32,000 bases of DNA, from positions 690,001 to 722,000 of the forward strand of contig NC_010546.1 of the NCBI RefSeq assembly GCF_000017845.1, given 5' to 3'. The number at the start of each line of letters is the position of its first letter. Position 1 is the stretch's first letter. The notes beneath the pieces are model-generated. The model worked only from the letters and a program-made list of their open reading frames with translations. It made no database searches and was not told the origin of the DNA. The translations under genes were made by a program, and so were the position numbers. Of this stretch, positions 23,425 to 32,000 are shown one piece after another. The DNA comes from Crocosphaera subtropica ATCC 51142 (GTDB lineage Bacteria > Cyanobacteriota > Cyanobacteriia > Cyanobacteriales > Microcystaceae).

Positions 23425-23466
23425 AAAAAAGGCAAGAGTGGGAGATATTATCCTAACTTTTGCCTT
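23425..23466 (-). terminator. Putative tsf terminator
   Basis: On the minus strand, AAGGCAA (complement of 23460-23466) pairs with TTGCCTT (complement of 23429-23435) and is followed by TTTTTT (complement of the A-run 23425-23430). The stem extends to about 10 bp with one mismatch, and the loop is large. Confidence 0.45.
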
Positions 23467-23554
23467 ACTATCCATAACCATTCTTGAGATAACTTGCTCT
23501 TTTTTTTATTGGTTGGGTTGAGCCATCGAAACAACTTTAAACTGTTTCTTTTGC

Positions 23555-24217
23555 TTATAATTTTTGTCCTGTTTGAGCAGCGACTTCATCAGCAAAATTA
23601 GTTTCTTGCTTTTCGATACCTTCCCCTAACACAAAGCGAGTAAAGCGACGAACTTGAATATTTTCACCCAGTTGGGCAATGGTTTGTTTAAGTAACTCTT
23701 CAACCGTCATATTAGGATCTTTAATAAAGGGTTGATCGAGCAAAGATAGTTCTTTTTGCCGCTTTTGAATACGCCCTTCAACAATCTTTTCTTTGATGTT
23801 ATCTGGTTTATTGCCTAAATCATCCCGTCCCATTTCAATTTCTTTTTCTTTGGCGACGACTGCTTCAGGAATCTCGCTTTGGGAGACATATTCGACGTTA
23901 GGACAAGCTGCAATTTGCATAGCCACGTTCTGGACCAGTTCTTTGAACTCATCTCGACGGGCTACAAAGTCTGTTTCACAGTTCACTTCTACCAGTACCC
24001 CAATGCGGCCACCAGTATGAATATAACTATGAACCAATCCTTCTGCCGTTTGTCTGCCTGATTTTTTCTCGGCGGAGGTAATACCTTTTTGCCGTAGCCA
24101 TTCGATGGCCTTTTCCATATCACCCTCATTTTCTTTAAGGGCTTTTTTACAGTCCATCATCCCCGCGCCAGTTTTTTCACGGAGTTCTTTAACCAGTTTT
24201 GCTGAGATTTCGGCCAT
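23555..24217 (-). CDS. tsf: Translation elongation factor Ts
   Basis: [45 protein letters not shown] is the canonical EF-Ts UBA-like N-terminus. The start is taken at the internal Met (nt 24217), not the 34-codon upstream extension in the ORF track. The gene lies downstream of rpsB, as usual. Confidence 0.95.
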   Translation of the reverse strand: MAEISAKLVKELREKTGAGMMDCKKALKENEGDMEKAIEWLRQKGITSAEKKSGRQTAEGLVHSYIHTGGRIGVLVEVNCETDFVARRDEFKELVQNVAMQIAACPNVEYVSQSEIPEAVVAKEKEIEMGRDDLGNKPDNIKEKIVEGRIQKRQKELSLLDQPFIKDPNMTVEELLKQTIAQLGENIQVRRFTRFVLGEGIEKQETNFADEVAAQTGQKL

Positions 24218-24339
24218 TTTGATTTTCGTGTTTACACTAAAAACTATGTTGACATGAAAAGGGGTGAGGTGGTGAGGGGATAATGAGAAATCATCGCTTC
24301 GGTGTTCCTCACTCCCCATCTTCTAAGGTTAGAGTAGGT

Positions 24340-25149
24340 TTACTCTTCTTCTCCCTCTTGAGACGAGACAGTTTCACTGTCCTCATCCTCCTCCTCGTCG
24401 TAGTCATCGTAGTCCCCTTCTGCGAGGCTTTCGTCAAACTCTTCATAATCATCATCGGAGTCTAACTGACCATGACGACCTTCATAAATCGCATCTGCCA
24501 ATTTACCTAAAATTAGTTTGATGGAGCGAATGGCATCATCGTTAGCCGGAATAGGAATATCAGCGTAGTCGGGATCACAATTGGTATCTAACAAAGAAAT
24601 CATGGGAATGCCCAATTTTTGACATTCTTGGATCGCATTATATTCCCGACGTTGATCCACAATAACCACCACATCGGGGGGACGACGCATGGTTTTAATG
24701 CCACCAAGATATTTCTGTAGTTTTCCTAGTTCCCGACGCAACACAGAGGCTTCTTTTTTGGGACGACGAGCAATTTGACCGCTTTCTTCCATGGCCTCTA
24801 ATTCTTTGAGGCGTTCAACCCTAGTTTTGATAGTTTCCCAGTTAGTGAGCATTCCCCCTAACCAACGTTGGTTGACGTAGTTCGCCCCACAACGGGATGC
24901 TTCTTGAGCAATGATGCCGGCGGCTTGACGCTTGGTTCCGACAAATAAGAACCGTTTACCTTTATCGGCATTATTGCGAACGTACTGATAAGCATCTTCC
25001 ATCAATTGGGCGGTTTGCACCAAATCGATGATATGAACCCCATTACGGGCTGTGTAGATGTATTGAGACATCTTAGGGTTCCAACGACGGGTTTGATGTC
25101 CGAAGTGAACCCCAGCATTAAGCAAGTCTTCGAGGGATACGACTGCCAT
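24340..25149 (-). CDS. rpsB: 30S ribosomal protein S2 with an acidic C-terminal tail
   Basis: [27 protein letters not shown]... is the canonical S2 N-terminus. AGGAG lies upstream. The C-terminal tail is rich in D, E and Y. Confidence 0.95.
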   Translation of the reverse strand: MAVVSLEDLLNAGVHFGHQTRRWNPKMSQYIYTARNGVHIIDLVQTAQLMEDAYQYVRNNADKGKRFLFVGTKRQAAGIIAQEASRCGANYVNQRWLGGMLTNWETIKTRVERLKELEAMEESGQIARRPKKEASVLRRELGKLQKYLGGIKTMRRPPDVVVIVDQRREYNAIQECQKLGIPMISLLDTNCDPDYADIPIPANDDAIRSIKLILGKLADAIYEGRHGQLDSDDDYEEFDESLAEGDYDDYDEEEDEDSETVSSQEGEEE

Positions 25150-25292
25150 AATTTAAGTTTTCTCCTATTTCGGGTTAATCCTCCATCCAGGTGTATTTCT
25201 ATGTACGAAACACCCGAAGTCCTGAATGTGCGAGATTTTAACAACTTTACTAGGATAACATAAAATACATTCTTTAAGTGATATTAATTGCC

Positions 25293-25778
25293 ATGAAAGC
25301 CTCTATCAATCCTATTCCTGGTTTACGTTCAACCCACCCCCACGATAGTTTCAAAATTAGCTTTGCCCCTCTATCTTTAGAAGAGGTTTATGGGTTAGCT
25401 GACGATCCGAGTAATGGAGCGATCGCTTTGATGAGTGGCACAGTGCGACAACAAACCGAAGGAAAAGCCGTAAAGTACCTAGAATATCAGGCTTATGAAC
25501 CGATGGCTTTAGTCATTTTCCAAGAAATTGCAGCCACAATTCGTCAACAATGGCCAGAAACCAACCGAGTTGTCATTCATCATCGCATCGGTAAGTTAGA
25601 AATTGGGGAAATTAGTGTCTTAATTGCGGTAGGATGTCCCCATCGGGCTGAAGCGTTTGCTGCTTGTCGCTATGGCATTGATACTTTAAAACATAATGCC
25701 CCTATTTGGAAAAAAGAATTTTGGGCTGATGGTTCCGGTACCTGGGTCAGTATCGGTGCTTGTGAAGAAGCAGAGTAA
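25293..25778 (+). CDS. moaE: Molybdopterin synthase catalytic subunit MoaE
   Basis: GAIALMSGTVRQQTEGKAV..LEYQAYEPMA, ISVLIAVGCPHRAEAF.ACRY.ID.LK..APIWKKE. The ATG at 25293 is preferred over the GTG at 25278. Confidence 0.88.
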   Translation: MKASINPIPGLRSTHPHDSFKISFAPLSLEEVYGLADDPSNGAIALMSGTVRQQTEGKAVKYLEYQAYEPMALVIFQEIAATIRQQWPETNRVVIHHRIGKLEIGEISVLIAVGCPHRAEAFAACRYGIDTLKHNAPIWKKEFWADGSGTWVSIGACEEAE

Positions 25779-25957
25779 AGATGAAATGCTTTGATTTGTG
25801 GAACATTTTACTTTTCACGGGATTTCAACGGGAAAAGTCAGGTTGGAACATTAGTCAACCTTTAAACGTTTACATTACTTGTAAGGCCGAAATTGTACGC
25901 AAATCCAGCCGAAGAGTATATCCTGTAAAGGTGAGTGAGTTGTGAGGAAGTGAATTA

Positions 25958-27415
25958 ATGGTTATCTCCCTATCCCCCAATGGCAGTGGTCGTTTAAATC
26001 ATCAGACGACTAACCTGAGTAATAGTTTATTGACGACGTTGCCCTATTTGCCCAACAGTCCCTTATTTGGTACCGATGGCATTAGAGGCAAAGCAGGAGA
26101 GTTATTAACTGCCCCTTTTGCTTTACAATTGGGATTTTGGGCAGGACAAGTCTTAAAATCAAAAACAACAACCCCCGGCCCAGTTATGATTGGTCAAGAT
26201 TCTCGTAATTCGAGTGATATGTTAGCCATGGCCATGGCCGCAGGACTCACCTCAGCCGGGTTGGAAGTTTGGCAATTAGGTTTATGTCCTACCCCCTGTG
26301 TCGCTTATTTGACTCGTCACAGTGAAGCGATCGCAGGGATCATGATCTCTGCTAGTCATAACCCCCCAGAGGACAACGGCATTAAATTTTTTAACACCGA
26401 TGGCACTAAGTTATCTTCAAGCTTAGGACAAGAAATTGAAGACGGTTTACGGGGTAACTTGTTGTTATCGGTAGATGAAATAGCTGCTTGGGGCAAAATT
26501 TTATATGAACCAACCCTAGTTAATACTTATTGTCAGTTTTTACAAGACAGTTTACCCCCTTCTTTGAGTTGTCAAGGGATGAAAATCGTTTTAGATTTAG
26601 CGTGGGGTGCATCGGTGAATGTAGCACCAGCTATGTTTAAAGCGTTAGGAGCAGAAGTGATTTGTCTCCATGAGACGGCTAACGGCGATCGCATTAATGT
26701 TAATTGTGGGTCAACCCATCTCCATGTACTACAAGCAGCGATCCAAGAACATCAAGCAGACATGGGATTTGCTTTCGATGGGGATGCGGATCGGGTAATG
26801 GCTGTAGATAGTACCGGAAAGGTAGTAGATGGAGATTATATCCTCTACCTCTGGGGAAAATCCCTCTTAGAGCGTGGTAACTTGCCCAATAACCTCTTGA
26901 TCGGCACCGTTATGGCGAATTTAGGGTTTGAACGGGCTTGGCAGGGCTTAGGGGGTCAATTGGTGCGGACTTCGGTGGGCGATCGCTATGTTCAGTCCCA
27001 AATGTGGGAAACCGGGGCGATGCTTGGGGGCGAACAGTCAGGACATATTATCTGTCATCATTACGGGGTGTCAGGGGACGGTGTGCAAACGGCGTTACAC
27101 TTAGCTGCTTTGGTTCATGAGTCTGGGGTATCCTTAGCTGAGTTGGTTAAAAATAGTTTTGATACTTACCCTCAGATTTTGCGGAATGTGCGTTTAGAGG
27201 ATCGGGAAAAACTCCGTTATTGGCAAGAATGTCAACCCCTGCAACAAGCGATCGCCCAAGCAGAGGTCGGGATGGGAGAGACTGGGCGTGTCTTAGTTCG
27301 TGCTTCGGGGACAGAGCCTCTTATTCGGGTAATGGTAGAATCAGAATGTCCTGATGCTGCTAATTATTGGGTTAACTATTTAGTAGGAATTGTAGAAACC
27401 CATCTTGCTGTCTAG
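25958..27415 (+). CDS. glmM: Phosphoglucosamine mutase
   Basis: LFGTDGIRG, the active-site Ser loop [15 protein letters not shown], the metal loop FDGDADR, and GEQSGH. GAGGAAG lies upstream of the ATG. The gene contains four HIP1 sites. Confidence 0.9.
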   Translation: MVISLSPNGSGRLNHQTTNLSNSLLTTLPYLPNSPLFGTDGIRGKAGELLTAPFALQLGFWAGQVLKSKTTTPGPVMIGQDSRNSSDMLAMAMAAGLTSAGLEVWQLGLCPTPCVAYLTRHSEAIAGIMISASHNPPEDNGIKFFNTDGTKLSSSLGQEIEDGLRGNLLLSVDEIAAWGKILYEPTLVNTYCQFLQDSLPPSLSCQGMKIVLDLAWGASVNVAPAMFKALGAEVICLHETANGDRINVNCGSTHLHVLQAAIQEHQADMGFAFDGDADRVMAVDSTGKVVDGDYILYLWGKSLLERGNLPNNLLIGTVMANLGFERAWQGLGGQLVRTSVGDRYVQSQMWETGAMLGGEQSGHIICHHYGVSGDGVQTALHLAALVHESGVSLAELVKNSFDTYPQILRNVRLEDREKLRYWQECQPLQQAIAQAEVGMGETGRVLVRASGTEPLIRVMVESECPDAANYWVNYLVGIVETHLAV

Positions 27416-27434
27416 TAGGAATGGGGTTTTGTTT

Positions 27435-27466
27435 GGGGAGGGATGATGGGTTAATGATCTCTCCCC
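27435..27466. terminator. Hairpin between the convergent glmM and pepA genes
   Basis: GGGGAGGGAT (27435-27444) pairs with ATCTCTCCCC (27457-27466) at 9 of 10 positions across a 12-nt loop. Neither side has a clear T-run. Confidence 0.35.
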
Positions 27467-27510
27467 CGTTCTTGGCTTGTTTCCTGGAGTTTATTGTGAT
27501 TACAGACCCA

Positions 27511-28983
27511 TTATTTTAAGACCCAATGTACCAAAGTTCTCACAGGAAAACCAGTAGCTCCGGCATTATTTACGCCATTTTCTTTGTCTGCCCAAACAGG
27601 ACCGGCAATGTCTAAATGGGCCCAGGGGGTTTCTTTGATAAACTGTTTCAAGAACAAAGCTGCAGTTATGGAACCCCCTGCCCGTGGTCCAGTATTTTTC
27701 ATGTCTGCAATGGGAGATTTTAACCCTTCAAAATATTTTTCTTCCATCGGCATGATCCAAAACTTTTCGCCGGCTGCTTCAGAAGCGGTTTTAATTTCTT
27801 CTGCAAGGGTTTCATCCGTACTCCATAACCCAGAAATATTGTCCCCTAGTGCCACAATACAAGCGCCGGTTAAGGTGGCTAAATCGACGATCGCATCGAC
27901 TTCTAACTGTTCAGCAAATACTAAAGCATCCGCTAAGGTTAACCGTCCCTCAGCATCGGTATTATTCACCTCAATGGTTTTGCCATTAGATGCAGTTAAA
28001 ATGTCTCCAGGGTGCATTGCTTTACCACTAATCATGTTTTCTGTGGCTGCACAAACAAAATGAACTTCGACATCGGGCTTTAATTGAGCAATGGCTTTAG
28101 CTGCCCCTAATGTAGCTGCACCGCCTCCCATATCCATTTTCATGGTTTCGATGCCACTACCCGATACTTTTAAGTTTAAACCGCCAGAATCAAAGGTTAA
28201 ACTTTTGCCCACAATGGCCAGTTTCCGTTTGGGGGTTCCACTGGGTTTATAGGTGAGATGGATAAATTTCGGGGGTAAATCTGAGGCTTTAGCGACTCCT
28301 AAAAATGCCCCCATTTTCCGTTTTTCACACTCGTCTTTTTCTAAAATTTCCAGGTCTAAACCGTAGTCTTTGGCTAAGTTTTGGGCGGTTTCGGCAAAGG
28401 TGACAGGCGTGACTGTATTGGCCGGTGCTGCTACTAATTCCCGTGCTAAAATGACCCCAGAACACACCGTTTCAGCCTGATTAATGGCTTCACTTTGCTC
28501 TCCGACCCCTAAAATGTCAACGGTTTCGAGTTTCAAGGGTTTATCTTCAGGTTCTGACTTGAAACGGTTATCTTGATGCAAGGATAGGATCATGCCTTCT
28601 GCGATCGCTGCTGTGGTTTGGGCTGCATCATTATCCACCACGGGAAACTGAATGGCTAAGGTTTTCACCTTCTCTTTTTTTCCTAAACGGGCAACTGTAG
28701 CAGCCCCTAAACGTACTGTCTCTAAGGTTAACTCCTCTTTTTTTCCTAAACCCACAAGGATTAGTTTGCGAATGGGACTTTTACCCCCAATACGAGTAGC
28801 CACGCTACTGCCTGATTTTCCTTCAAATTCAGCTTCTTCAATTAATTCTGCTATGGTTCCCCCGATTTTCTCGTCTAGTTGGGTTAATTCCCCCGTTAAG
28901 GCGGTTTCATTCTCGAATATACCCAGGGCGATCGCCTCTCCACTCCAATCTAATAAGGGGGTATCGGTTCCACGAATATCCAT
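27511..28983 (-). CDS. pepA: Leucyl aminopeptidase (M17 family)
   Basis: M17 signature [14 protein letters not shown]. Metal-ligand blocks are [11 protein letters not shown] and MKMDMGGGA. The product is 490 aa. Confidence 0.95.
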
Positions 28984-29422
28984 ATCTATATGTTCCCAAG
29001 TATCTTGTTATCTTTCAATGTCCGTTTCTCATTCTACCTTTGATTAACCTGAGAAATCTCAAGCTCTTTGTCATAAAATTTAATCTTTTGACCGACGCAC
29101 TCTCACCAACCTTATCTTGAGTTTTGAGGAAGCTGATCATAAGCAATCAATGATCAAAAGCTGGTTTGAGCTTTTTCGGTTCTCCCTCACTTCTCCTCTG
29201 AACAAATATTAAGTTTTATTAAAAATAATTGCAAAAAGTTTCTGCATCTGGCTTTATGGTTAAAAGAGGAAAGTAAAAACAACCTTAATCAACCTTGTTA
29301 GTTAGTTTAAGTAAACGATTAACTAAATCTAGGAAAGTTGGTGTGCAACCATAAGATTTCTTAGAGATTAATTTTCATCGATTCAATTATTTATTAACTC
29401 GCTTTTTAGGAGATTAGAAGCA

Positions 29423-29848
29423 ATGTTGAAAAAATTATTTGGTGGTAGCAAGAAGAAAGAATTCTTCTTAGAATTAGACGAAACTGATAACGCTCCCGCC
29501 TCTGAACCTAAAGTTGAAACCCCTGCCTCTGAAGCAGAGGAAACCCCTGAACCTCAACCTGAAGCACCTCAAGCCGAAGGAACAGAGATGACTGAACAAC
29601 CAGCACCAGCTAAGAAGAAATCTAAGAAAAAATCAGTTAAAAAAGCAGCGAAAAAAGAAGAACCGAAAACCGAAATTGTTCCGACTTCTCCTGCGTTAAG
29701 TAACGGTCAAGTAGCGAAAAAAGAAGAACCTAAAGAAGTAGAATTTGCTACTAAATTCTATATGATTTCTACCCCTCGTCGTCGCCCCGGTCCTAGTTTA
29801 AATAACTTCAAAAATATGGCTTCTCAAGTTAAAACTCGACGAGGTTAA
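29423..29848 (+). CDS. Hypothetical Lys/Pro/Glu/Ala-rich, probably disordered protein (141 aa)
   Basis: AGGAG lies 10 nt upstream of the ATG, and a strong terminator follows immediately downstream. The ordered-looking ends (MLKKLFGGSKKKEFFLELDE... and ...EFATKFYMISTPRRRPGPSLNNFKNM) flank a PEAK-rich spacer. Confidence 0.6.
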   Translation: MLKKLFGGSKKKEFFLELDETDNAPASEPKVETPASEAEETPEPQPEAPQAEGTEMTEQPAPAKKKSKKKSVKKAAKKEEPKTEIVPTSPALSNGQVAKKEEPKEVEFATKFYMISTPRRRPGPSLNNFKNMASQVKTRRG

Positions 29849-29876
29849 TCTCTTGATTTAAGTTTCGTTTTGGTTG

Positions 29877-29908
29877 TAGTCTAGAACTCAGTTCTAGACT
29901 ATTTTTTT
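29877..29908 (+). terminator. Rho-independent terminator
   Basis: A perfect 11-bp stem pairs TAGTCTAGAAC (29877-29887) with GTTCTAGACTA (29891-29901). The loop is 3 nt (TCA), and T7 follows at 29902-29908. Confidence 0.85.
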
Positions 29909-29924
29909 ATTAAATAAATAACAA

Positions 29925-31127
29925 TTGAATATTCTATTTTTGCACCCTAATTTTCCAGCGCAATTTCGCCATTTAGCGACTACTTTGGCTAAAAATCCCA
30001 AAAATAAGGTTGTTTTTGGCACGAAGCGCAAAGAAGGCAGTATTCCAGGGGTTTTAAAAGCTATCTATACCCCTTCTCGCCAAGTTCGCCCCGAAACTCA
30101 TCATTATGTGAGAACTTTAGAAAATGCTGTACTGCAAGGACAAGCGGTTTATCGTCTCGCTGATCAGTTAAAGCGAGAAAACTTTATCCCGGATGTGGTC
30201 TATGGTCATTCTGGGTGGGGTCCAACCTTATTTATTAAAGATATCTTTCCCAACGCAGAGTTATTGTGTTTTTTTGAATGGTTTTATCATGCTCACGGAA
30301 CCGATGCCGACTTTGATCCCAAAGAACCCTTAACGGCAGATGATGAAGCCCGTATTCGTATGAAGAATACACCTATATTAACCGATTTGTATAGTTGCGA
30401 TCGCGGTTTATCTCCCACACAGTGGCAAAAACAACAATTCCCCCCAGAATTTCATACTAAAATTACAGTACGTCACGATGGAGTGGATACTAACTATTTT
30501 CAACCGAAACCTGGCGCAAAATTGGTCTTAAATGATAAGAAACTGGACTTATCAGAAGTTGATGAAATTGTTACTTATGTTGCTAGGGGAATGGAACCTT
30601 ATCGGGGGTTTCCTCAGTTTATGGAAGCAGTTTCAATCTTATTAAAAAAACGGCCTCATTGTCACGTGGTTATTGTTGGAGAGGATAGAGTAGCTTATGG
30701 GCGATCGCTACCGGATGGGAAAACCTATAAACAGTTAATGTTAGAAACTTATGATTATGATTTTTCCCGTTTACATTTTACGGGATCATTGCCTTATTCT
30801 CAATATTTACAAGTGATACAAGCGTCATCAGTTCATGTTTATTTAACCCGTCCCTTTGTTTTGTCTTGGTCTATGTTGGAAGTCATGTCTACAGGAGGTT
30901 TAGTTTTAGGATCAAAAACGCCTCCTGTTGAAGAAGTTATAGAAGATGAAGTTAATGGTTTATTGGTGGATTTTTTTGCTATCGATAGGATAGTAGAACG
31001 AATAGAAGAAGTGTTAGATTCTTCTGATAAAATGGCTGATTTAAGGGTTAAAGCCAGAGAAACCATCCAAGAAAAATATGATTTATCCAAGTTATTAGCT
31101 GAACATATTAAGTGGATTTATAATTAA
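29925..31127 (+). CDS. Glycosyltransferase, GT-B fold (family 4 / group 1-like)
   Basis: MNILFLHPNFPAQFRHLA is the N-terminus typical of this GT subfamily. The C-terminal E-x7-E region is PPVEEVIEDEVNGLLVDF. The start is a TTG, with no in-frame ATG nearby, only 17 nt after the upstream terminator. Confidence 0.75.
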   Translation: MNILFLHPNFPAQFRHLATTLAKNPKNKVVFGTKRKEGSIPGVLKAIYTPSRQVRPETHHYVRTLENAVLQGQAVYRLADQLKRENFIPDVVYGHSGWGPTLFIKDIFPNAELLCFFEWFYHAHGTDADFDPKEPLTADDEARIRMKNTPILTDLYSCDRGLSPTQWQKQQFPPEFHTKITVRHDGVDTNYFQPKPGAKLVLNDKKLDLSEVDEIVTYVARGMEPYRGFPQFMEAVSILLKKRPHCHVVIVGEDRVAYGRSLPDGKTYKQLMLETYDYDFSRLHFTGSLPYSQYLQVIQASSVHVYLTRPFVLSWSMLEVMSTGGLVLGSKTPPVEEVIEDEVNGLLVDFFAIDRIVERIEEVLDSSDKMADLRVKARETIQEKYDLSKLLAEHIKWIYN

Positions 31128-31291
31128 TAAAATTTTTTTGTATTGCTTGATTGTTAAACTCCGTGTAAATACTGTTTTTATATAGTTAATATTTGTCCAT
31201 TTTTAATAAAAAATATCGTGGACATTTGCTAAATATCAGGGATACATTGACTAATATGATAATCAAGTATAAACAATACATTTAGAAAATT

Positions 31292-32000
31292 ATGGAGCGT
31301 TCTTTTAGTCCATTTAATATTTTAGAAAAAGCTGCAAGTTCTCACTATACCGGACAGCTAAGCATCAGCAGTCAAGACATTACTTGGACTCTCGACTTAG
31401 CAGAGGGAAGTTTAAAATCAGTTGTTCATTCATTACAATCACTTGCAAGCATAGAGTTATGTTTATATTCATTAGGATATGGACAAAAAACCCCTCTTAT
31501 TATCGAAGGAATGACCGAAGAAGGCTTAAATTTAGAGAAAGGTCAGTCTTTTATTCAACAATCAATTAATTGGTTAAATAAAGAATATAATCTGAGTTTA
31601 CCAGAGCAGATAAAACTCATTAATCAATTGACACAAGATGCTCTAGAATCGTTTTTTAATCTCACAAAAGCTGATTATTCTACCAGTCAGCATAAAAGTT
31701 TTATGATTTCCTCAGAACAAGGATTTAATATAGTTGAATCTTTAAAAATGTGGCGAGTCAAACAAGAATCATGGCAAAAATTTAGCCCTTTAATTACTTC
31801 CCCTCATCAACGTCCCTACTGTCCAAATTTACACACTATCAACAAGTTACTAGCTTCTAAATCTAGCCATTTATTACTAAAAATTGCTCAATTAAAAGGT
31901 AAAATTAGTATTCGACAACTCAGTATTTTAATGAAGTTAGATGATTGTCAATTGGCAGAACTTCTTTATCCTTATCTCCGTTCAAAAGTTTTACAACTTC
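31292..32000 (+). CDS. PatA-type regulator, N-terminal PATAN (DUF4388-like) domain; 3'-truncated by the window edge
   Basis: This ORF is not in the supplied track because it runs off the end of the window. My own translation from ATG 31292 is open for 236 codons: MERSFSPFNILEKAASSHYTGQLSISSQDITWTLDLAEGSLKSVVHSLQS...MWRVKQESWQKFSPLITSPHQRPY.... The 'sGqL.v.s....W.l.l..G.l' opening and the W....W..l.P....P block resemble PatA/PixG N-termini. Confidence 0.55.
   Translation, partial: MERSFSPFNILEKAASSHYTGQLSISSQDITWTLDLAEGSLKSVVHSLQSLASIELCLYSLGYGQKTPLIIEGMTEEGLNLEKGQSFIQQSINWLNKEYNLSLPEQIKLINQLTQDALESFFNLTKADYSTSQHKSFMISSEQGFNIVESLKMWRVKQESWQKFSPLITSPHQRPYCPNLHTINKLLASKSSHLLLKIAQLKGKISIRQLSILMKLDDCQLAELLYPYLRSKVLQL

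Noticed and set aside
31384-31569. A 61-aa + strand ORF listed in the track.
   Set aside because: It lies out of frame inside the longer open frame starting at 31292, which has PATAN-like sequence. Its product (..RRNDRRRLKFRERS..) looks like frame noise.
1-32000. A search for tRNA, rRNA, tmRNA, RNase P or known riboswitch-like sequences in the intergenic regions (4625-5051, 19215-19676, 25779-25957, 28984-29422 and 31128-31291).
   Set aside because: I could not recognise any cloverleaf, conserved rRNA block or riboswitch core by eye. A covariance-model scan (Infernal/Rfam, tRNAscan-SE) would be needed to exclude them formally.

Overview
This is a cyanobacterial chromosomal segment. The octamer palindrome GCGATCGC (HIP1) occurs 20 times, where about 0.5 is expected for a random 8-mer, and a PatA-type (PATAN) regulator gene starts at the 3' end. 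Most of the window is housekeeping: sufB (5'-truncated by the window edge), sufC, ndk, rpsB-tsf, moaE, glmM and pepA. These genes are interleaved with accessory-looking blocks. (i) An AT-rich divergent pair encodes a membrane HAMP-GGDEF diguanylate cyclase and an orphan PhnD-like lipoprotein. (ii) A small-molecule-modification cluster at 6.0-12.0 kb encodes a tautomerase, a GNAT, a wHTH-methyltransferase, a P450, a membrane protein, an Eis-like GNAT and a Vat-type acetyltransferase. (iii) A single 6,987-nt ORF at 12228-19214 encodes a 2,328-aa modular protein. (iv) A minus-strand gene string encodes an acidic coiled-coil protein, a PPP-family phosphatase, an atypical pyruvate-kinase-like protein and a small unknown protein. 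The giant ORF is the most interesting object. It combines a beta-rich N-terminal module with no signal peptide, two small beta-barrel repeats, three LamG-type lectin domains and a ricin-type beta-trefoil inserted between two long coiled-coil arms. It ends in a 631-aa unassignable C-terminal module containing an amphipathic beta-hairpin-like segment. I could not match this architecture to any described toxin or adhesin family, and it has no secretion or partner genes beside it. I recognised no rRNA, tRNA or CRISPR array. All family calls come from reading motifs by eye, because no database search was possible.
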